A stretch of 64,000 nucleotides of DNA from positions 96,001 to 160,000 of the forward strand of contig CAWHAE010000014.1 in the NCBI GenBank assembly GCA_963827235.1, read 5' to 3'. How positions within the stretch are numbered: position 1 is the stretch's first letter; each line of letters begins with the position of its first letter. The translations under genes and the position numbers were made by a program. This document shows positions 60,030-64,000 of this stretch, piece after piece. The stretch is from an uncultured bacterium (GTDB taxonomy: Bacteria > Chloroflexota > UBA5177 > JANWHV01). Below the pieces are notes generated by a model. The model was not told the DNA's origin. It was given only the letters and a program-made list of their open reading frames with translations, and did not search any database.

Positions 60030-61079
60030 TTACAAGGCAGAGAACGGCGACCCGGTGGATGCCGGCAAGCAGTTGCTGCGGAGGCAGGCCACTGGCGGCG
60101 GCAGCCGCTGGTCGTGCCTCTCCCGTGCCAGGCTTCCGGCGATTGAAAGGAGATTCGCCGGCCGCTCGGCGAGACGCCGTGTCATGTACGCATACCACTG
60201 GCCGCCAAACGGCACGTAGACGCGCACCCTGAAGCCCTGCCGTGCAAGCTCCACTTGCAGGTCCCGTCTGATACCGTAGAGCATCTGAAACTCGAAGTGA
60301 GCGGGAGAGATTCGATTGCGATCCGCGAAGTCGCGTGCGTGCACAATGATCGCCGGATCGTGGGTTGCGATGGCGGGCCTACTACCGTGCAGCATCAGGA
60401 ACTCCATGATGCGCACGTAGTTTCGATCCGTGTCTCGCTTGCGCCTGAAAGCGATGTGAGGAGGCTCGTCGTAGGCGCCCTTGCACAGTCTGATGCTGGC
60501 GCCTAGGGCGGACAAGTGTCTGGCGTCGGCATCACTGCGGTAGAGACTGGCCTGGATCACGGCACCGACGTTGTCGAACTCGCGATGCACCTGCTCCACA
60601 AGCTCCAGCGTGCGAGACGTGTAGCTGGACCCTTCCATGTCAATGCGCACGAAGCGCTCACGCTCTCTCGCTCGCTGCAGGATTGCCCGGACGTTGCCGA
60701 TGGCTACGTGTGCGCCGACGTCGAGACCGAGCTGGGTCAGCTTGACGGAGAGGTAGGCTTCCAGGTTCTCGCCGTGCATGCGGTCGAGCATCTCGATCGC
60801 CACTGCCGCCGCGTCGGACGCTCCTTCCACGCTCGTGGTGTTCTCGCCAAGATAGTCGATCGCCGCCAGCAACCCCTGCCTGTTCAGCCCGTGGACGACC
60901 TCCACCGCCTGGTCGAGACTTTCACCTGCCACAAAACGGTGGACGAGCGGTGCGACGAGCGGCGACCCAGCCGCGAAGGACGAGACCGCCGCGCTGCGAG
61001 CCACGCCCAACACCAAGCGGCTGAAAACTCTTCCCGGCACTGCTGCACGAACCTCCAACACACGATCAGGGTACATCAC
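60030..61079 (-). CDS. Monofunctional proline dehydrogenase
   Basis: RFVAGE, SVKLTQLG, RIDME, RLCKGAY, ATHD, EFQMLYG, RRLAERPAN. Confidence 0.95.
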   Translation of the reverse strand: MMYPDRVLEVRAAVPGRVFSRLVLGVARSAAVSSFAAGSPLVAPLVHRFVAGESLDQAVEVVHGLNRQGLLAAIDYLGENTTSVEGASDAAAVAIEMLDRMHGENLEAYLSVKLTQLGLDVGAHVAIGNVRAILQRARERERFVRIDMEGSSYTSRTLELVEQVHREFDNVGAVIQASLYRSDADARHLSALGASIRLCKGAYDEPPHIAFRRKRDTDRNYVRIMEFLMLHGSRPAIATHDPAIIVHARDFADRNRISPAHFEFQMLYGIRRDLQVELARQGFRVRVYVPFGGQWYAYMTRRLAERPANLLSIAGSLARERHDQRLPPPVACLRSNCLPASTGSPFSAL

Positions 61080-61296
61080 CGGCCACCAAGCCGGCCGCGG
61101 TGTCCACCTGAGGCAGCCATCTCCGTGTAGACTGGTACCGGTAGTCGGCGGCGCTGACCGGCTTTATGGTGCAGTAAGCTTCGCCACCGGCGAGCGCGCA
61201 AAACAACGGCGGGATTGCGGCCTGAGCGCCGGGCTGCTAGTCTGAGGCAAACACAGTATCGGATGTGCCCGCGCGGTTCTTCAAGGAGGTTGGATC

Positions 61297-61701
61297 GTGA
61301 ATCGAAGCCAGTCGTTTCCCGACGACGAAGTCGACGAGGATGAAGAAGCAGAGCTAGACATGAGCGCGGGCGATCTCGAAGATATCGAGATTCCTCTCGA
61401 CCCCCCAATAGTGCCCGGAGGTAGAGACAACGCCCGCATTCCAGCGTCGGAAGGCGCCGACGATGAAACGCAGGCGAGAGGCCGGGCCATCACCGACGAC
61501 GAGATCACAGCCCGTGTGCTGCGGCTACTGCGCAGTGACTCGGCCACGAATATGCTGCGCATATACGTGTCCACGGAGGACGGCGTTGTCACCCTGCGCG
61601 GGCCGGTGGAGACTCTCGACGACACGGACAACGCCGCCGAGGTGGCATTCCGCGTCAAGGGCGTGATCGACGTGGTCGATGAGCTGGAAGTCGAGCTCTA
61701 G
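61297..61701 (+). CDS. BON domain protein with acidic N-terminus
   Basis: DDEITARV..VSTEDGVVTLRG..VKGVIDVVDEL. AAGGAGG RBS. Confidence 0.85.
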   Translation: MNRSQSFPDDEVDEDEEAELDMSAGDLEDIEIPLDPPIVPGGRDNARIPASEGADDETQARGRAITDDEITARVLRLLRSDSATNMLRIYVSTEDGVVTLRGPVETLDDTDNAAEVAFRVKGVIDVVDELEVEL

Positions 61702-61723
61702 CGAGCGGCCCGGAGAGAATGTC

Positions 61724-62575
61724 TCATCGCCGCACGCCCGCCGACCGGACGCCTCCCGAGATGAGGCGCTGCACGACGCGTTGCCCTTCGATCTGCGTGC
61801 CCTCGGCCACCGGATGCCCGAACGCGCGCTGGAAGTAGGAGTCGATGCGCTGCATGGCTTCTTCTTCGCCGATCGGCGCGCCCTCTGCTTCTGCTTTGCG
61901 GCGCGTGAGGTCCATGAGCCGCCTGAGAACGTCCGGACCAATCGCCGCTTCCATGTTGACACCGCCGTGCTTGGCACCGCCGCCGGAGGAGTGGCGTGCC
62001 TCGACTGACTCGCCGCGCGCAGCGTTGCCCTCTGACGGATCGCCGACCGATGGCTGCCCAGCCTGCGCCGTCCCCACTGGTTCCTCCGGAGACCCTGCGC
62101 GGCCCTTCTCGGCAGGCGGCACCGGGCATGGGTGGGCGGCTGCATCTTTCAGCGAAACAGCCGAGCTGAAGAGAGGTGGGAGCGGCTCGTCGCCGTGCCT
62201 CGCCGGTCCCTCGGCCTTCTCGCCAGCGTCACGTATTTCAGCGGACACAGATGCTTCCTGAGCACCGAGGTTCTCCGCATCGACATGGCTCGGCGACGCG
62301 CACGCGAGTTCGCTCAGCACGCGCCTTTTGGCTCGTGACTCGGCCAGTGTGACAAGCGCGCGCTTGTCGTCACCCGACTCGCCATCCGCACAGGCCTCTC
62401 CGATCGCACGGAAGAGAAGGCCGCTGCTCGTTCGCGCCGTGGCCAGCACGACGGCATGACGCCACTCCGCCTGCGCGGGAAGCTGGACGATGCTGCACTC
62501 GAGCTCCTGCAGACCGAGGAGCAGAGCCGTTCGCAAAAGATCTGCGTACGCGGGTGTGGATTGCTCGTCGCCCAT
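61724..62575 (-). CDS. Hypothetical protein, N-terminal domain resembling Rad52/ERF-like ssDNA-annealing proteins
   Basis: YADLL..GL..IVQLP..AVVLAT..FRAIGEA..LAESRAKRRVL pattern. GGAGG RBS before ATG 62575. Confidence 0.55.
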   Translation of the reverse strand: MGDEQSTPAYADLLRTALLLGLQELECSIVQLPAQAEWRHAVVLATARTSSGLLFRAIGEACADGESGDDKRALVTLAESRAKRRVLSELACASPSHVDAENLGAQEASVSAEIRDAGEKAEGPARHGDEPLPPLFSSAVSLKDAAAHPCPVPPAEKGRAGSPEEPVGTAQAGQPSVGDPSEGNAARGESVEARHSSGGGAKHGGVNMEAAIGPDVLRRLMDLTRRKAEAEGAPIGEEEAMQRIDSYFQRAFGHPVAEGTQIEGQRVVQRLISGGVRSAGVRR

Positions 62576-62592
62576 ATGCACCTCCATGCGCC

Positions 62593-62621
62593 AGAATACT
62601 AGAACTTGTATTCTAGTGCAA
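62593..62621 (-). promoter_or_regulatory. Sigma70 promoter with LexA-type box in the spacer
   Basis: - strand TTGCAC-N17-TATTCT. The spacer contains AGAATACAAGTTCT (AGAAC-N4-GTTCT with one mismatch). Confidence 0.65.
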
Positions 62622-62707
62622 GAGTATTGTGCTCTGACTTCCATGAGGAAGGCCCGTAGCGTGATACCATTGCATTGCCGCGCGCGCCGGGTGCGCACGG
62701 CGCCAGG

Positions 62708-63898
62708 ATGCCGCGCCTGCGCGTAGCACGAGGGCCAGACTGGAATTCCCGGGCTGGCCACCATGAAGGAGCGCGTTCGACGGCTCGTATCGCACTCGAC
62801 CTGCGCGTCACTCAGGGGGGCTATCCGGGTATCGGCAGGGCCTCCGAAGGCCTTGCATGCCGGTTGCTCGATCAGGATACGCCTCACGCAATGAACCTCG
62901 TGTTTCAGGCCGATAGGCCGGTCGGCGACACGCTACTGCGGCGCATCCGCAGTCCTCATCGCGTGCTCTACGTCGACTCCGCATTGCGCTCCGCGCGCGA
63001 CCAGGCGACCTTGCGATTCAGACTGCGCCAGGCTCGGATCGACCTCTACCACGCGCCGTACTATGGTATGGCTCTCTTTCCGGGCGTGCCGTATGTAGTG
63101 GCGCTACACGACACGATCCCGGTCAGATTTCCGCACTATTGGCCCGCCCACCAGGCACTGATCATCCGGACGTGGCAGAGGCACGTCGTCAGGCACGCCG
63201 CCTGCGTGATCACCGGATCCCGTGCCGCGGTCGACGACCTGGTCCGCATCTATGGGCTTTCCGCCGCCAAGATCGTAGTCAGTCCATGGGGCGTGGTGAG
63301 CTGGGTGCACGATGCGCGCCCACCGGACTCGTGGTCTGCCGCTGACTATCTGCTCTGCGTCTGCACAAACAAGCCGCACAAGAACCTCGCCCGGCTGATA
63401 CAGGCATACCGCGAAGCGTCGAGCTCGTTGGAAACTTTCCCCGATCTTGTGATCGCCGGCGGCTGGAGCGATCGGTACCCGGAAGCCGCGTCCGCCATGG
63501 CCGTCGCAAACGCGACCGAGTCGCCCGGCCTCGTACGGCAGGTCCGCAACCCCGACGATGCCTTGCTGCGTTACCTCTATGAGCACGCGGAGGGCTTCAT
63601 TTTCCCGAGCCTGTATGAAGGATTTGGACTGCCCGTACTGGAGGCTATGCAGGCTGGCTTGCCGGTCGCCGCCTCGACCACGCCCGCCGTGGCTGAGCTT
63701 TGCGGCGACGCGGCGCTCTCGTTCGACCCGCTCGATATAGCCGGCATGGCGAGAGCTATTCGACGCCTGGCCACAGATCCGGAGATGCGGCGCTCGCTTC
63801 GCGCGGCCAGCGCCGAGCGAGTAAGGCACTACAGCTGGATAGAGACGGTCGCACAGACATTGCGCGCGTACGAGGTGGCCCTGTGCGCCTCAGAGTAG
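62708..63898 (+). CDS. GT4 glycosyltransferase
   Basis: RIALD..PGIGR, NKPHKN, PSLYEGFGLPVLEAM. Start uncertain. Confidence 0.9.
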   Translation: MPRLRVARGPDWNSRAGHHEGARSTARIALDLRVTQGGYPGIGRASEGLACRLLDQDTPHAMNLVFQADRPVGDTLLRRIRSPHRVLYVDSALRSARDQATLRFRLRQARIDLYHAPYYGMALFPGVPYVVALHDTIPVRFPHYWPAHQALIIRTWQRHVVRHAACVITGSRAAVDDLVRIYGLSAAKIVVSPWGVVSWVHDARPPDSWSAADYLLCVCTNKPHKNLARLIQAYREASSSLETFPDLVIAGGWSDRYPEAASAMAVANATESPGLVRQVRNPDDALLRYLYEHAEGFIFPSLYEGFGLPVLEAMQAGLPVAASTTPAVAELCGDAALSFDPLDIAGMARAIRRLATDPEMRRSLRAASAERVRHYSWIETVAQTLRAYEVALCASE

Positions 63899-64000
63899 TC
63901 CACGTCTACAAGGACATTTTCCCCGTGCAGGGCGGCATGGAGAATCATGTCCGCCTGCTCTGCCGCGAGCTGTCCCGACTCGACGACCTCGACGTCCGCA
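63883..64000 (+). CDS. GT4 glycosyltransferase, 5' part (runs off the window)
   Basis: MRLRVVHVYKDIFPVQGGMENHVRLLCREL. Confidence 0.75.
   Translation, partial: MRLRVVHVYKDIFPVQGGMENHVRLLCRELSRLDDLDVR

Noticed and set aside
1-64000. CRISPR array, tRNA, rRNA, prophage, defence system
   Set aside because: No spaced direct repeats, cloverleafs, or phage/defence motifs were seen on reading; not verified computationally.

Overview
GC-rich bacterial chromosome segment. Chloroflexota-like affiliation is inferred from gene content (HisZ next to long HisG, LCP, GAAC-N4-GTTC-type box) and is not proven. 1-2.4 kb holds Tn3-family transposon pieces: the tnpA 3' end, a serine resolvase, a broken ECF sigma-DUF151-ClpN cargo gene, and an inverted tnpA 5' stub with a 38-bp IR-like end. 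3.7-9.7 kb is a secreted redox module: two PQQ beta-propeller dehydrogenases, one fused to a C-terminal amicyanin-like blue-copper domain and carrying a lanthanide-type D-x-D signature, plus a BNR propeller and an unknown beta-rich secreted protein. This is the most novel-looking system in the window. The rest is a dispersed cell-surface glycosylation toolkit (Wzm/Wzt, nine GT4s, two GT-C-like proteins, O-antigen ligase/TPR, WecA-like transferase, flippase-like protein, LCP, epimerases) mixed with housekeeping genes (glgP, hppA, hemB, tatD, hisZ/hisG, yvcK, def, ndk, lipA, proline dehydrogenase). Also noted: a putative LexA-repressed Rad52/ERF-like gene, a ~155-nt candidate structured RNA upstream of lipA, a catalytically degenerate prenyltransferase, and three single-base frameshifts that may be sequencing errors. 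No rRNA, tRNA or CRISPR array was seen. All calls come from reading motifs; no database searches were run.
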